Source: Candidatus Bathyarchaeia archaeon (GTDB lineage Archaea > Thermoproteota > Bathyarchaeia > Bathyarchaeales > Bathycorpusculaceae). Taken from it: DNA of 64,000 bases. Each line of letters begins with the position of its first letter. Position 1 is the stretch's first letter. Below are positions 20,129-30,015 of this stretch, piece by piece. Below the pieces are notes generated by a model, which was given only the letters and a program-made list of their open reading frames with translations, was not told where the DNA came from and did no database searches. Position numbers and translations under genes: made by a program. The stretch is from the NCBI GenBank assembly GCA_050015395.1, contig JBEKBM010000014.1:1-64000 (forward strand), read 5' to 3'.

Positions 20129-20560
20129 TTGGATGAAGTATTAGACATGTTAGATAAAACTGCAAAGCGTATACAGAAAGTTGCTGATGAAACAAAAGAG
20201 GCAACTTGGAAACAATCAGCCGTTTACGACCAAGTTATGCAGTCACCTGAAGCGTCACAAGAGCAAAAAATCAAGGCCTTTATTCGGAAAACTCGTTATT
20301 TAGACCAGCTAGAAGCCTTAAACTCCCAGCTTAGTTTGCTCTATACTCTTCAGATTTTTGCGTTTAAAGTTAAAGTGCTTGAGGTAACGGTTGGGAACAT
20401 CAATGAACAACTTGCAAAGACGGGGATTCTCCTCAAAACGGCTGAATTAGAAAATATAAAGACAAATATTGACGCCCTCAAAATCCTAATTGAAGCTCAA
20501 TATGAATCCATGAAAGAAATACATGAAACGCAAAACAAAACCTTAGACTACATCCATTAA
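20129..20560 (+). CDS. Hypothetical coiled-coil protein
   Basis: 143-aa helical ORF with SD-like GGGGGAG and an upstream TATA. Confidence 0.75.
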   Translation: MDEVLDMLDKTAKRIQKVADETKEATWKQSAVYDQVMQSPEASQEQKIKAFIRKTRYLDQLEALNSQLSLLYTLQIFAFKVKVLEVTVGNINEQLAKTGILLKTAELENIKTNIDALKILIEAQYESMKEIHETQNKTLDYIH

Positions 20561-20644
20561 AAAATTAAATAAAAAGGGCAGCCTGGTGGTTTTCACCACT
20601 AATCAGGTTGTACTGCCTGCAATGCATCGTTTTGTTCTGAAGGC

Positions 20645-21568
20645 TTATTCTACGACTTTTTCCCAGCTTGTAACTAAGTCAAGAACTTCTTGACCTCGTT
20701 TGCCGCCATAACTCTTCAAGCGCTCTCGAACATCAGTCTGAGCTATTGCCGCTTTCTGGAAATCCTGCATTTGCTTTGCTTTGTCGGTTAAGTAAAGAAT
20801 GTTGTCTACTCCTGCTCTTGCCATGCGGACTGATGCTGTTAAGAGTTCACTTGTGGTTGGCGTTTCTCTCGGGTCGTCGCCTGGACCGATAACGTACAAT
20901 GCAATGTTGAGAGGTACGTCTTTTAAGAGTTTCTTGAAGTTACGGGTGAGCATTTCCCAATACCAAGGTGTAGCATAGTTTTTGCTAAACATGACTACGA
21001 GAAATTCGTCAGTCAGTGGAGCAAGATCATCAAAGTTAACTCCGAAACGTTCATAGTTGGTAACTGGGTCTGGAAGGACACCGATGACAAATTTTTTCTT
21101 GGCTCGGTCGCGTACTCGTTCGCTTACTTGCGCCATGTAATCGGTGATTTCTTTTCTTCGCCATTCATACCAGCTTAAGCCGCTTTTTGCGTGGAGTTCC
21201 TTGCAACGCGGGCATATGCAGTGTCCATGTTCTGCGAAGTGGATGCTGTTTAGCCATATTCCTGGGCTTTTTCTAGCGACGTCCTCGATGTAATCTAGTT
21301 GTTCCGCACGGTGTTCTGGTTGGGTTGCACAGAGAATATCCCAGCGAACATTAAAGTTGTCGTTTGTTCTCCATGCTGGACCTAGGGCTGACTGTGAAAT
21401 CCAGTCTGGATGATTACGGGCAGTAACGTTGTCTCCGAAAATCGCAATGTTGCTGTACATATCAGGTTGCGGTGGTAATCGTCTGCCTACTTCTGGTTTA
21501 ACGCGGAAAAGGTCAAAGTCGAAGCCTGAAACTTTTTTTGCTTCAAACATGTATGTGCCGAATTTCAA
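20645..21568 (-). CDS. Hypothetical protein, glycoside-hydrolase-like TIM barrel with CxCxxC
   Basis: HPDW, CICPRC, W.EWRR..IT pattern resembling GHL/DUF187-type barrels. Confidence 0.6.
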   Translation of the reverse strand: MKFGTYMFEAKKVSGFDFDLFRVKPEVGRRLPPQPDMYSNIAIFGDNVTARNHPDWISQSALGPAWRTNDNFNVRWDILCATQPEHRAEQLDYIEDVARKSPGIWLNSIHFAEHGHCICPRCKELHAKSGLSWYEWRRKEITDYMAQVSERVRDRAKKKFVIGVLPDPVTNYERFGVNFDDLAPLTDEFLVVMFSKNYATPWYWEMLTRNFKKLLKDVPLNIALYVIGPGDDPRETPTTSELLTASVRMARAGVDNILYLTDKAKQMQDFQKAAIAQTDVRERLKSYGGKRGQEVLDLVTSWEKVVE

Positions 21569-21783
21569 TTTACTTCTACCTTTTTAGAATCCAAAACGTT
21601 CGGCGCTGTAATAAAGTTTTGCATAATTAGCGCAGTATCGGTTGTGAAAAATAGTTCCCTGTTTTTGCTATAGCTTATGCGGATTCATTGCGTATTTTTG
21701 GTTTGTTATTAAGCATTAAACCATGTTTTTTAAGAAAATCCTCCAGAGAGGCATGTAACTTTTAAACCCAAACAGCTCTATAC

Positions 21784-22218
21784 ATGCCATTAGGAGAGAG
21801 CGAGACCGTGCCGATAAAATACTTTGAGGCCCCAGAAATTAAAAAGCAAGTAGACCAGTTAGCCCAGGAATGCGAGTTCTACCATGTTGTTCCACAATTC
21901 GTTTTCTGCGTAAGAAGCAAAGGCTCCAAAGCCAGACGCACAATTGCACGCATTCACGGTTTAGGCAAAATTTGGCAAGGAGTCCTAAACCTGCCGCCTT
22001 CATACACGATTGAGGTTATTTCTGAGGTGTATGATAGAATGTCTAGTGAGGATAAAGAGAGAACTTTGATTCATGAACTCATGCATATTCCAGGAGGGTT
22101 CTCCGGTGGTTTCCGTCCGCATAAGGGGTATGTTGAGAGAAAAAATGTTGAGGCGGTTTATAAGAAGCTTCAAAGTGATCGGGCTGCGAAAAAGCAAAAC
22201 ACGCTTTTTTTCCAGTAA
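21784..22218 (+). CDS. Putative zinc metallopeptidase
   Basis: LIHELMHIP HExxH motif; ARIHGL. Confidence 0.8.
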   Translation: MPLGESETVPIKYFEAPEIKKQVDQLAQECEFYHVVPQFVFCVRSKGSKARRTIARIHGLGKIWQGVLNLPPSYTIEVISEVYDRMSSEDKERTLIHELMHIPGGFSGGFRPHKGYVERKNVEAVYKKLQSDRAAKKQNTLFFQ

Positions 22219-22376
22219 TTTGTATGGGTTATTGGTGAATCTTTTTAAGCCTCAGAAAAGAGGCAATGGAAAGTTGCAGCTTTAACAGCGAAAAGTAAAA
22301 AAACCATGTGTGAGCAAGTATTGCAAAGACTTAAACGAGTTAAAGTCGTTTGCCATGGAATATTGAGGTTTAGTTA

Positions 22377-24023
22377 ATGAAGCACATTATGAAAAGTTTA
22401 AAGCATAACGGTATATTCGTTCCAATTTATGATTATAAAGGCTTCAGCATAAAGCTTAACGGTCAGACGGTGAAGCTGACGCCTAAAAGCGAGCAGATGG
22501 CGGTTGCATGGATAAGAAAATCATTATCAACCGTTTCTCCGCCAGATAATGTCTTTAAGAAGAATTTTATGAAGGAGTTCCTTGGGCAACTCAAAAAAGA
22601 AAACCCTTCAGCAAGTTTCTTGGATGCTTTCTGTTCAAAATACTTAACCAGCTTAGATGCTCCTGCAACCTTAAACAACGGAAACCACCCGCTCAGTGAA
22701 GAAATTGACTTTACCAAAATTATTAACTTCGTTGAACAAGAAAAAGCAAAAAAAGACGCCCTAAGCAAAGAAGTGAAAAAGCAACAAGCTGAAGAGCGCA
22801 AAGCTAAACGCTTAGAGTTCAAAGAAAAATATGGTTACGCCGAAGTTGACGGACAAAAACTTGAGATCGCTAACTGGACTTCTGAGCCATCCTGCCTTTT
22901 CGCTGGACGCGGTGACCATCCGCAGCGGGGAAAATGGAAAGACGGCCCAAACGAAGAAGACATAATCCTTAACCTTCCGCCTGATGCACCTGTTCCATCG
23001 GGACATTGGAAAGGCGTTGTTTGGGAACCTGACAAGATGTATGTGGCAAAGTGGGAAGACAAGCTAACAGGCAAAATCAAGTACGTCTGGTTCTCTGACA
23101 CAGCGTTCCTTAAACAGAACCGGGAAAAAGAAAAGTTCCAGAAAGCCGAAAACCTTGGCAAGCAAATTAAGGCAATTGAACAGCACATCCTCAGAAACCT
23201 TAACGATAAGGATGATGCAAGACGCAAAGTCGCGACGGTGTCGTGGCTTATTTTGGTGCCGAACATGAGGGTTGGCGACGAAAAGGACCCAGATGAAGCC
23301 GACACCGTAGGTGCAATAACGCTTAGGGCAGAGCACATCAAAATAGAAGGCGACACCATACGCTTCGACTTCCTTGGCAAGGACAGCGTAAGATGGATAA
23401 AAAACGTTAAAGCCCCGCCAGAAGTCATCCGAAACATACAGCACTACATGGAAACAAGCAAAGAATACCTCTTCGAAGGCGTTGACTCCAAGAAGGTTTC
23501 CCGTTTCCTCTCCGAAAAAATGCCGAAGCTAACCGCCAAAGTTTTCCGCACTTGGAGATGCACAAAAACAGTCAAAGAAGAACTCGAAAAAAGCGGAATA
23601 GTAAAGGAAGACCCCGATTACAAAAAGACCTACGCTGCAAAAATGGCTAATTATAAAGTCGCTGAAGTGGCAAACCATAAAAGAAAGATTCCGCCAACCT
23701 TTGACCAGCGCTTAGCCAAAAAAGAAGCCAACCTCAAAGCACTTGGGGTACAGCTTGAAGTAAAAAAGACCGCGGGCAAAAAAACCCAATCGCTCGAGAC
23801 CAGAATAGAGAGAACTAAGCTTGACCTTGAGTTGACAAAGCTAACCAAAGAGTACAACTTGGGCACGTCGCTCAAATCGTACATTGACCCGACCGCTTAC
23901 GTGAAATGGGCTAAAAAAGTAAAGTTTGACATCGAAAAATTCTACCCCAAAACCCTGCGAAACAAGTTTAGCTGGGCACTACAAAGCAGCAAAGCACAAG
24001 TAGCCGAGTGCATAACCGCATGA
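22377..24023 (+). CDS. top1: DNA topoisomerase IB (eukaryote-like)
   Basis: GRGDHP.RG, MRVGDEK, FDFLGKDS, AKVFRTW, NHKR, GTSLKSYIDP catalytic motifs. Confidence 0.95.
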   Translation: MKHIMKSLKHNGIFVPIYDYKGFSIKLNGQTVKLTPKSEQMAVAWIRKSLSTVSPPDNVFKKNFMKEFLGQLKKENPSASFLDAFCSKYLTSLDAPATLNNGNHPLSEEIDFTKIINFVEQEKAKKDALSKEVKKQQAEERKAKRLEFKEKYGYAEVDGQKLEIANWTSEPSCLFAGRGDHPQRGKWKDGPNEEDIILNLPPDAPVPSGHWKGVVWEPDKMYVAKWEDKLTGKIKYVWFSDTAFLKQNREKEKFQKAENLGKQIKAIEQHILRNLNDKDDARRKVATVSWLILVPNMRVGDEKDPDEADTVGAITLRAEHIKIEGDTIRFDFLGKDSVRWIKNVKAPPEVIRNIQHYMETSKEYLFEGVDSKKVSRFLSEKMPKLTAKVFRTWRCTKTVKEELEKSGIVKEDPDYKKTYAAKMANYKVAEVANHKRKIPPTFDQRLAKKEANLKALGVQLEVKKTAGKKTQSLETRIERTKLDLELTKLTKEYNLGTSLKSYIDPTAYVKWAKKVKFDIEKFYPKTLRNKFSWALQSSKAQVAECITA

Positions 24024-24292
24024 GCATCAACGAAACCAAAGACGGCACAATAATCACAATTTTTGTTAAACCAAACTCCCCCAAATTCAAAATAGAATTC
24101 GACTCCAATGAAATTGTCGTCTACAGCACTGAAGAACCTGTTAAGGGCAAGGTAAACAGGGAAATCATCAAAGAATTCACCAAACTTTTGCACACAAAAG
24201 TCGAAATAGCGTCTGGAGCAACCTCAAGACAGAAAAAGCTACTCATAAAAGACAAGGGAAAAAAAGAAATTGAAGATCGCCTTAGATATTGA
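24020..24292 (+). CDS. DUF167 (UPF0235/YggU) family protein
   Basis: VKPNS, P..GK.NREII, SGATSRQK; ATGA overlap with the top1 stop. Confidence 0.88.
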   Translation: MSINETKDGTIITIFVKPNSPKFKIEFDSNEIVVYSTEEPVKGKVNREIIKEFTKLLHTKVEIASGATSRQKKLLIKDKGKKEIEDRLRY

Positions 24293-24307
24293 AGTAAGGG
24301 AGCGCCA

Positions 24308-24589
24308 TTGGAAGAAACTAAAGCTCTAGTAGATGCATACCTAAAGAAGCAATTTAAAAAGAAAAAACAAGTTTACCCCAGCGATGTTGCAGATGCATTA
24401 GGTTTAAGGTATGAAACGGTGCGTCAGGTTTTTGATGATCTAGAAAGAGACGGCAAGATAAGGGAAGAACTAAAAGATCTCTTTAGCGAAGTCAATGAGC
24501 AAGACAAGCGAAAGAAGGTTTCTGAGGCAGCAATTTTAAGAGAGATTCAAACTTATAGACTTGAGAAGCGAGCCAAAAAAGCTGCATGA
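24308..24589 (+). CDS. Small HTH/antitoxin-like protein
   Basis: VYPSDVADALGL HTH; C-terminal SEAAILREIQTYR resembling antitoxin tails. Confidence 0.5.
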   Translation: MEETKALVDAYLKKQFKKKKQVYPSDVADALGLRYETVRQVFDDLERDGKIREELKDLFSEVNEQDKRKKVSEAAILREIQTYRLEKRAKKAA

Positions 24590-24824
24590 CCAAAGCGAAG
24601 CGGAGCCGTTCTTGAGCCAATAGTTTATTTGTACAACAGGATATATTACGAGAACCGAAATATCCCTTTTAAACCAAAAAAGCGCTTAAGACAAGTGGAA
24701 AGAATTGTAATTTAAGGGAGAGGGGCAAACCCCCTTCACCTTACCCCGAAAAACTACCCGCCCCATAGTTCTCAACATCAAATCATTCACAAAATTTTCG
24801 TTTAACGTTCTTCACAGCTGTTAT

Positions 24825-24848
24825 ATGGGTTCAATTCCCATCCCCAAC
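24825..24848 (+). other. tRNA T-arm/3'-end-like fragment (possible att relic)
   Basis: ATGGG-TTCAATT-CCCAT perfect 5-bp stem with 7-nt loop, followed by CCCCAAC. No 5' tRNA half upstream. Confidence 0.5.
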
Positions 24849-24926
24849 TTTTTAGATAAATTCTAACTTTGCGTGAAAAGTTAAAGACGTGCATGCAGTA
24901 AGCGAACTGGATCTTTGACGGCAAGT

Positions 24927-24968
24927 CTGAATATATTCACTTACTGAATAATTCACTAACTGAATATA
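24927..24968. repeat. 16-17-bp tandem repeat with internal palindromes
   Basis: ctgaatatattcactta / ctgaataattcactaa / ctgaatata. Confidence 0.8.
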
Positions 24969-25104
24969 AGCTAAAGTCCAAAAGTATTCCTCTTCAAGGC
25001 TTACCCAATATTCAAGATGACGCTTTTTGAGTAAGTCTCCACATTACGGTAGCCCTATCTAAGAAAACAATTTGCTCCGCCTCCGGGAACAGCAAAGGCA
25101 ACTG

Positions 25105-25485
25105 TTAAGAGGTCGCGTTGCCAAGGTTTTTTCGAATGTCCTTGATTTTACCAAGCATCTTCGTTTCAGCACTTTCAGCCGGCAAAGCGTCATTGGAGCC
25201 TCCTGCTGGGCTAATGGTTACTTCTAGGATTGTGCCTGTGAGGTTTTTTCCTTCTCTTTTCTTGAGGATTTCCATGGTTAGTTTTGGGATTGTTAGGCGG
25301 CCGTCGCTGGTCATTTTTGCGAGGAAGGTTTCTTCTTCGTAGTTTTCGGAGTCGAATACTCTTACGTTTGCTTTTAGGAGTTCGCCCTGCTCCATTTTGT
25401 AGCGCCAGCGTAGAAGATTTGGAATTTGGGTGCGGTTTCGGTTTTCCAGTTTCGCTTTGAATGATGCAAGCTCAGTTAGAGGCAT
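25105..25485 (-). CDS. Tandem AbrB/SpoVT-domain DNA-binding protein ('MPLT' paralog A)
   Basis: Two swapped-hairpin motifs, LENRNRTQIP and MTSDGRLTIP; clear paralog of 41262..41543. Confidence 0.8.
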   Translation of the reverse strand: MPLTELASFKAKLENRNRTQIPNLLRWRYKMEQGELLKANVRVFDSENYEEETFLAKMTSDGRLTIPKLTMEILKKREGKNLTGTILEVTISPAGGSNDALPAESAETKMLGKIKDIRKNLGNATS

Positions 25486-25490
25486 GTTAT

Positions 25491-25585
25491 CTTACCCTTT
25501 TTTACCCTTAATTACCCTTAAATTCCCAAAAATACCCATAGAAAAACCAAAATTTAAACCCTGCCCCAAAAAAGCAACCCAAAAC
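25491..25585 (-). repeat. Element A: conserved leader plus 5 x 10-bp phased GGG(T/A)A array
   Basis: Minus strand: gttttgggttgcttttttggggcagggtttaaa...tatgggtatt tttgggaatt taagggtaat taagggtaaa aaagggtaag ataacATG. Confidence 0.85.
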
Positions 25586-25664
25586 ACAAACACCACAAAG
25601 GAGGAGGGATAGTTTTTTACAACCAATCTTCCATAAACATAAACTCGAATGTAGACAAGCACTA

Positions 25665-25883
25665 ATGGAGGGCTTAGAGTTGAGTTATAACAGGGGCATC
25701 TTAGAAATCCTTGAAGAACTATTGAAAGAAATCCGCGAAGAACTACAAGAAATCAAGCTACGATACAAAGAGCTAGTAGATAAACTGGTTCCTATCGAAG
25801 AGGCAACGGAAGAAGAAAAGAAAGCGATAGAAGAAAAAGACGAAATAGCTGATGAAAAAGAATTAATGCATACTTTAGGCTAA
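25665..25883 (+). CDS. Small acidic protein, putative solo antitoxin
   Basis: 72 aa, very acidic, LVPIEEATEEEKKAIEE...ADEKELM pattern; no toxin gene follows. Confidence 0.6.
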   Translation: MEGLELSYNRGILEILEELLKEIREELQEIKLRYKELVDKLVPIEEATEEEKKAIEEKDEIADEKELMHTLG

Positions 25884-25934
25884 AGTAGAGAAAAAGCCTA
25901 CAGTTAACATTTCTCAAAACTAATTTGCCAAATT

Positions 25935-27203
25935 TTAGGTTTGGAGTTTGAATCTGAGCATTGCTGCGATGCCGCCGAAAGCGTTCTTTAGCATTTGCCC
26001 CTCTTCCGTTTCACCCGAAATAATCTCTACATCCGTGTTTGACATTTCCGCCAGTTCAGCTAAATCGTCTATGACATCTTTTTTCTCCAACACTGTCATG
26101 GATGGCGCGTTGCATTTTGGGCAAGGTTTCCCGACTAAGCTTTGCTCAAAACTGGTTACCTCTTGGCTTTTGAGGGTGTGCTGTTCTTCGTAGCCGCAAG
26201 CGCTGCATTTAACCGTGACACGAACCAAATCCAAACTCTCAGACATGATGAGCAAGCGGACTGCTCCTGCCTGCAGAAGCCGCCTCACTTCAGCTTCGCC
26301 GTAAGTTATCATTCCAGTGTCATGGCCAACTTCGTAGAGGAATTTTTGCATGATTTCTTTTTCTTCGATGTAGCGGACTTTGCGCATGATTTCAGGCGCT
26401 TTAGCCACTACTTCTTTAACGCCTTGCTCTTCCACGTAAGCAGTGTCAACGACATCAAGAATCTTGTTTTTCAGCTGGTAGTTGAGGTAATCGCCTTTCT
26501 CGAAATCGTATTTTGTCGGTCCAGGTCCACCTAAAATAATACCTTTTAACGTGTCAATGGGCAGGAAAGCTTCGTTCGCGTGCACGCCTACTCGGGTAAA
26601 ATACTCGTTTAGCTGCATGTCCCTTAAACGTTCATATCGCCTAGCTGATTGCCCACCTGCCTTAGTTTTGCCCGTAACACCAGAGTGCATTTGCCTAACA
26701 ATCTCTAGGTGTTTGCCCTGCAGGGTTGCAATGGTAGCGTTATTGGCGTCCACCAGCAGAATGCCGTAGGTTTCTTTCTCCCGCAACATCTCCTGCAGAT
26801 ACTCGGTGTGGAACCGTGAATCACAACGATAAAGAAAAATCCTAATCGGCTCAGGCGGAACAATCACGTAGGATTCCATGCGTTCGGTACCTGGCGCGCC
26901 ACCTTCCTGCAGAAGAGCACCAGTAAAAATCACTATGCCCTTTTCGCCCGGATCCTTGAAGAGCTTGAGTTTCTGCTGGGCTTTAGTGATAGCATCTAGG
27001 ACGTTTTTGCGTGTAACGTTTGATTTAATGTTGCTGGCTGTTCCATACTCGTTACGCAGAAGGTTTAAGGCATCGCTGATTTGTTTGCCCGGCGGAACAT
27101 AGACAGTGATGAGTTCAGTGTGGCTGCCCTCTTTGCTGGCTAGGGTGTTGAGTGTTTTTCTTAGCCTGAATAGTTCAAGGGAAGATTTTTTCGCTGTACT
27201 CAA
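25935..27203 (-). CDS. prf1: Peptide chain release factor aRF1
   Basis: TASNIKS, YRCDSRF, GGQSARR, zinc-finger insertion, FGGIAA. Confidence 0.97.
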   Translation of the reverse strand: MSTAKKSSLELFRLRKTLNTLASKEGSHTELITVYVPPGKQISDALNLLRNEYGTASNIKSNVTRKNVLDAITKAQQKLKLFKDPGEKGIVIFTGALLQEGGAPGTERMESYVIVPPEPIRIFLYRCDSRFHTEYLQEMLREKETYGILLVDANNATIATLQGKHLEIVRQMHSGVTGKTKAGGQSARRYERLRDMQLNEYFTRVGVHANEAFLPIDTLKGIILGGPGPTKYDFEKGDYLNYQLKNKILDVVDTAYVEEQGVKEVVAKAPEIMRKVRYIEEKEIMQKFLYEVGHDTGMITYGEAEVRRLLQAGAVRLLIMSESLDLVRVTVKCSACGYEEQHTLKSQEVTSFEQSLVGKPCPKCNAPSMTVLEKKDVIDDLAELAEMSNTDVEIISGETEEGQMLKNAFGGIAAMLRFKLQT

Positions 27204-27287
27204 ATAACTTCACTAATTACTACGTTTAATCGGATAACTAACGCTAAAAAGAATCAAATAAAAGTTCCGTATAAAAAACGGAAACTG

Positions 27288-28304
27288 TTACAATTTCGGC
27301 TTGACTGGCGGTGTCTGCACTGGCTCTGGAGCTGGTGCACCTATGGCGTCTCTGAGGAAAGCCTTGAACGGACCTAGCTTCCCACCATAATTACCAGACG
27401 AAATCTTAACGACACCAGGCACGGCGATTGCTGCTGTCACGCCTTCTTTGATGCCCTTTTTGACTGCGTCCAAGGTTAAGCCGTTCATGACTATTTCGTA
27501 AACGCTTTGAACGCCTTCTGGAACAACGGAATCGGGCACAAGCGTGCGTAAGGTTGGGCAGTAAGGATGATTGGTTGAAGCCTTCATCTTGTACTTGAGT
27601 GAGCCAGCTTTGCTTCCTGATCGGCAAATTCCGCCTGGAAACGGCATAATTACATCAGGAGCGTTTGCGCGAATTGCGTCTGCCGCCGCCTCAGCCGATT
27701 TAAGCCCTGATTGCTGGTCTTCTGCGAAAATCATAAAGTTGCCGCCTGCAACAGCTTCCATGGCGCCGAAGCCGTTTTCAACAAAGAAGTTGCCTTCCAT
27801 AACTGGGATTTTCCAGCATTTTCTTCCGCCAACCATGGCTTTTTTCTGGAAGCCATCACCAAAATAGCGCAGGCTGTTGCCAACGTCTAATGTTCGTTTA
27901 GTTCGGTCCATGCCGTTGAAGGCTGCAGTTGTCGGGCAAGTCATAATGCATTGGCCGATGCGCTCCATAAGCTGGTGCTTGAGTTCAAAGCGGTCACGAT
28001 TATAAATTTGAATAAGCATTCCCGGACGCTTATCAGGGGTCTGGTCTGCTGGAACAGGACGTTCGATTGCTGCTTCTGCAGGTGCCATGATGACGCTTGT
28101 GGCGAAACCTGTGGTTACGCTTGCGGCGATTTGTGCCCATTTCTCATTTTGAGCCGTGATTAAAATTCTTCCTGCCCAAAGAGTGAACATTTCTGCAAAA
28201 GTATCTTGAACCTTCACGACGTTTCCTCTGGGTGATTTTACGAGGAACATTTTTTCTTTATCGTCATAGCTTTGGATTTCAAGCGTGTTAGTGTTTGATG
28301 ACAT
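27288..28304 (-). CDS. ftr: Formylmethanofuran:tetrahydromethanopterin formyltransferase
   Basis: DTFAEMF, TGFATSVI, RIGQCIMTCPT, YFGDG, AGGNF, PFPGGICRSGSK, GNYGGKLG. Start taken at MSSNT. Confidence 0.95.
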   Translation of the reverse strand: MSSNTNTLEIQSYDDKEKMFLVKSPRGNVVKVQDTFAEMFTLWAGRILITAQNEKWAQIAASVTTGFATSVIMAPAEAAIERPVPADQTPDKRPGMLIQIYNRDRFELKHQLMERIGQCIMTCPTTAAFNGMDRTKRTLDVGNSLRYFGDGFQKKAMVGGRKCWKIPVMEGNFFVENGFGAMEAVAGGNFMIFAEDQQSGLKSAEAAADAIRANAPDVIMPFPGGICRSGSKAGSLKYKMKASTNHPYCPTLRTLVPDSVVPEGVQSVYEIVMNGLTLDAVKKGIKEGVTAAIAVPGVVKISSGNYGGKLGPFKAFLRDAIGAPAPEPVQTPPVKPKL

Positions 28305-28513
28305 GAAAGGGACCTTGCAGTTCAGTTGGGAATTGTATAATTTAAGAGTTTTCGTGAATGACCAAGGTTTTCTCAATTTCAAAGGCTAATTTCAAACTGC
28401 AAAACGCAACTTTAGAGGCTTGCTTCAGGAAGCCTTAAAGGACTGGGCGTGTGAAAAAGCTATGGCCTCCCTTATCCTTCTCTCTCCACTTAGCCGCGAG
28501 TTTCGGAAAAATA

Positions 28514-28741
28514 GTATGTATTTAGCTCTCGTTTTTTGTTTTAGGGTATTTGTGTGTGCTCAGCCTACCTACCCGGTCTACTAGATGCTTCTAATATGCT
28601 TCAAATATGATTCAACATGGATGTGCATAGAACGAAGACCGCGCACTTTGCATGCAGAACGGTGCTTTTCAACATAGAAAAGTCTGTTTTTTGATGTAGA
28701 AAAAAGCACTAAAGAAGAAAAAACAAGAGCTAAATATACAC
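28514..28741. mobile_element. 228-bp MITE-like element, copy 1, with 8-bp target site duplication
   Basis: 24-bp imperfect TIRs (gtatgtatttagctctcgtttttt / aaaaaacaagagctaaatatacac, 21/24). GAAAAATA flanks both sides (28506-28513, 28742-28749). Second copy at 34813. Confidence 0.88.
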
Positions 28742-29097
28742 GAAAAATAAAATGTAAAGGCTTTGCGAATGGAGCGTAGTAAGAGATTTTGGCATACTTG
28801 CTCCTCATGTAAACCAGATATCCAACGAGTCCACACCCATTATGGAATCTTGGTCGGTATTTTCGCAGAAGTATTTCTGAATCGCCTTTTTGCGTCTGAT
28901 GACAGACATTACTCACACGCGCGCGACCATGCGCGTTATAAAAATGGATTTTTGCCGGCATATATCTGATGCTTTTTTGGCTGGACGGCTGATGTTTTGA
29001 GTAATAGAGGCTGAAAAACAAGGAAAATAGCCCACGCAGTTTAGGGCTTTAAAAGAGAAAAAGGAGGGTAGATATAGATATATAATTTAGGAGTGTG

Positions 29098-29316
29098 CTA
29101 CGGAGTAGTTTTCTTTGGTGTTTCTTTCTTCAGTACGCTCCATACTGCTAGTATGATGCCTATGATTCCGATTATTGCCACGGCGCTATAGAAACCCCAC
29201 TTGTTTCCAGCCGCCCCATAGATGTTGTATGCGTGTGAGATTTGTATTCCGCCAAGTATCACCGCTATAACGATAAGCACCGCGCCCAGAATCAACGCTA
29301 TCATTTTTGTTTTCAA
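29098..29316 (-). CDS. Small two-TM membrane protein
   Basis: Two hydrophobic helices, basic tail, SD-like GGGGG. Confidence 0.75.
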   Translation of the reverse strand: MKTKMIALILGAVLIVIAVILGGIQISHAYNIYGAAGNKWGFYSAVAIIGIIGIILAVWSVLKKETPKKTTP

Positions 29317-30015
29317 ATAACAGCCCCCCTTGTTCTCTATGAGAAGAGGAGCTATTTAAGGTAAAGGACTGCAGGGTTATCACGGAGCCGCCCATCTTTA
29401 ATCCAAAACAGCCTATTGTGCTGTCTCCGACTTTCATGATGACCATTGTTTCTCCCACATTTGAGGCATTCTACTCTTGGTTTTCCACACTAATTATCAC
29501 TTCCTAATCTGAGCGTAGCGCAAAATTAGATTTGGAACGGAGTTGGGTATAATTTTGAAAAACCGTTTAATAAGCGTGTGCTTTAGTTTTTGCGGGTGAT
29601 GTGAAGAAGGAGGATTTTGGCATAGCTACTGTAGTTGCAGTGTTATTCTTGGCGTTGGCACCATCATGTTCCCGTTCGCAAACTCCCTGAATAAAATGTC
29701 AAAACTAATGATGGGCAGCATACAGGCGAAACATGCAATTTTTCTAATAGAACAACATTATGTTACCCATGAATACTACGACATATTACCGAACAATTTC
29801 ATATCGCACGCGCAAAGCCAAGGTCAGAACGCGATACTCAACGTGTTAGAAAGCTTCCCGTTCAGCAGCGCAAACCTCATCAACACCATGATGGGTGTGA
29901 AACAACCAACGTAACGGGTACACAAGCAAACGCGGTGCTGCTCTTCAATAATCAGCCCAGTAGCTAAAACATCCTATCTTTTCAAAAAACTCTCTGCTCA
30001 GATGAATTGTAGCAC

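Noticed and set aside
28581-29021. 146-aa ORF as a transposase
   Set aside because: Overlaps the MITE, has no DDE or HTH motifs, and its 5' half is not shared with copy 2.
29590-29914. ORF 29666..29914 as a real gene
   Set aside because: Looks like frameshifted debris (signal-peptide-like start in another frame); no recognisable family.
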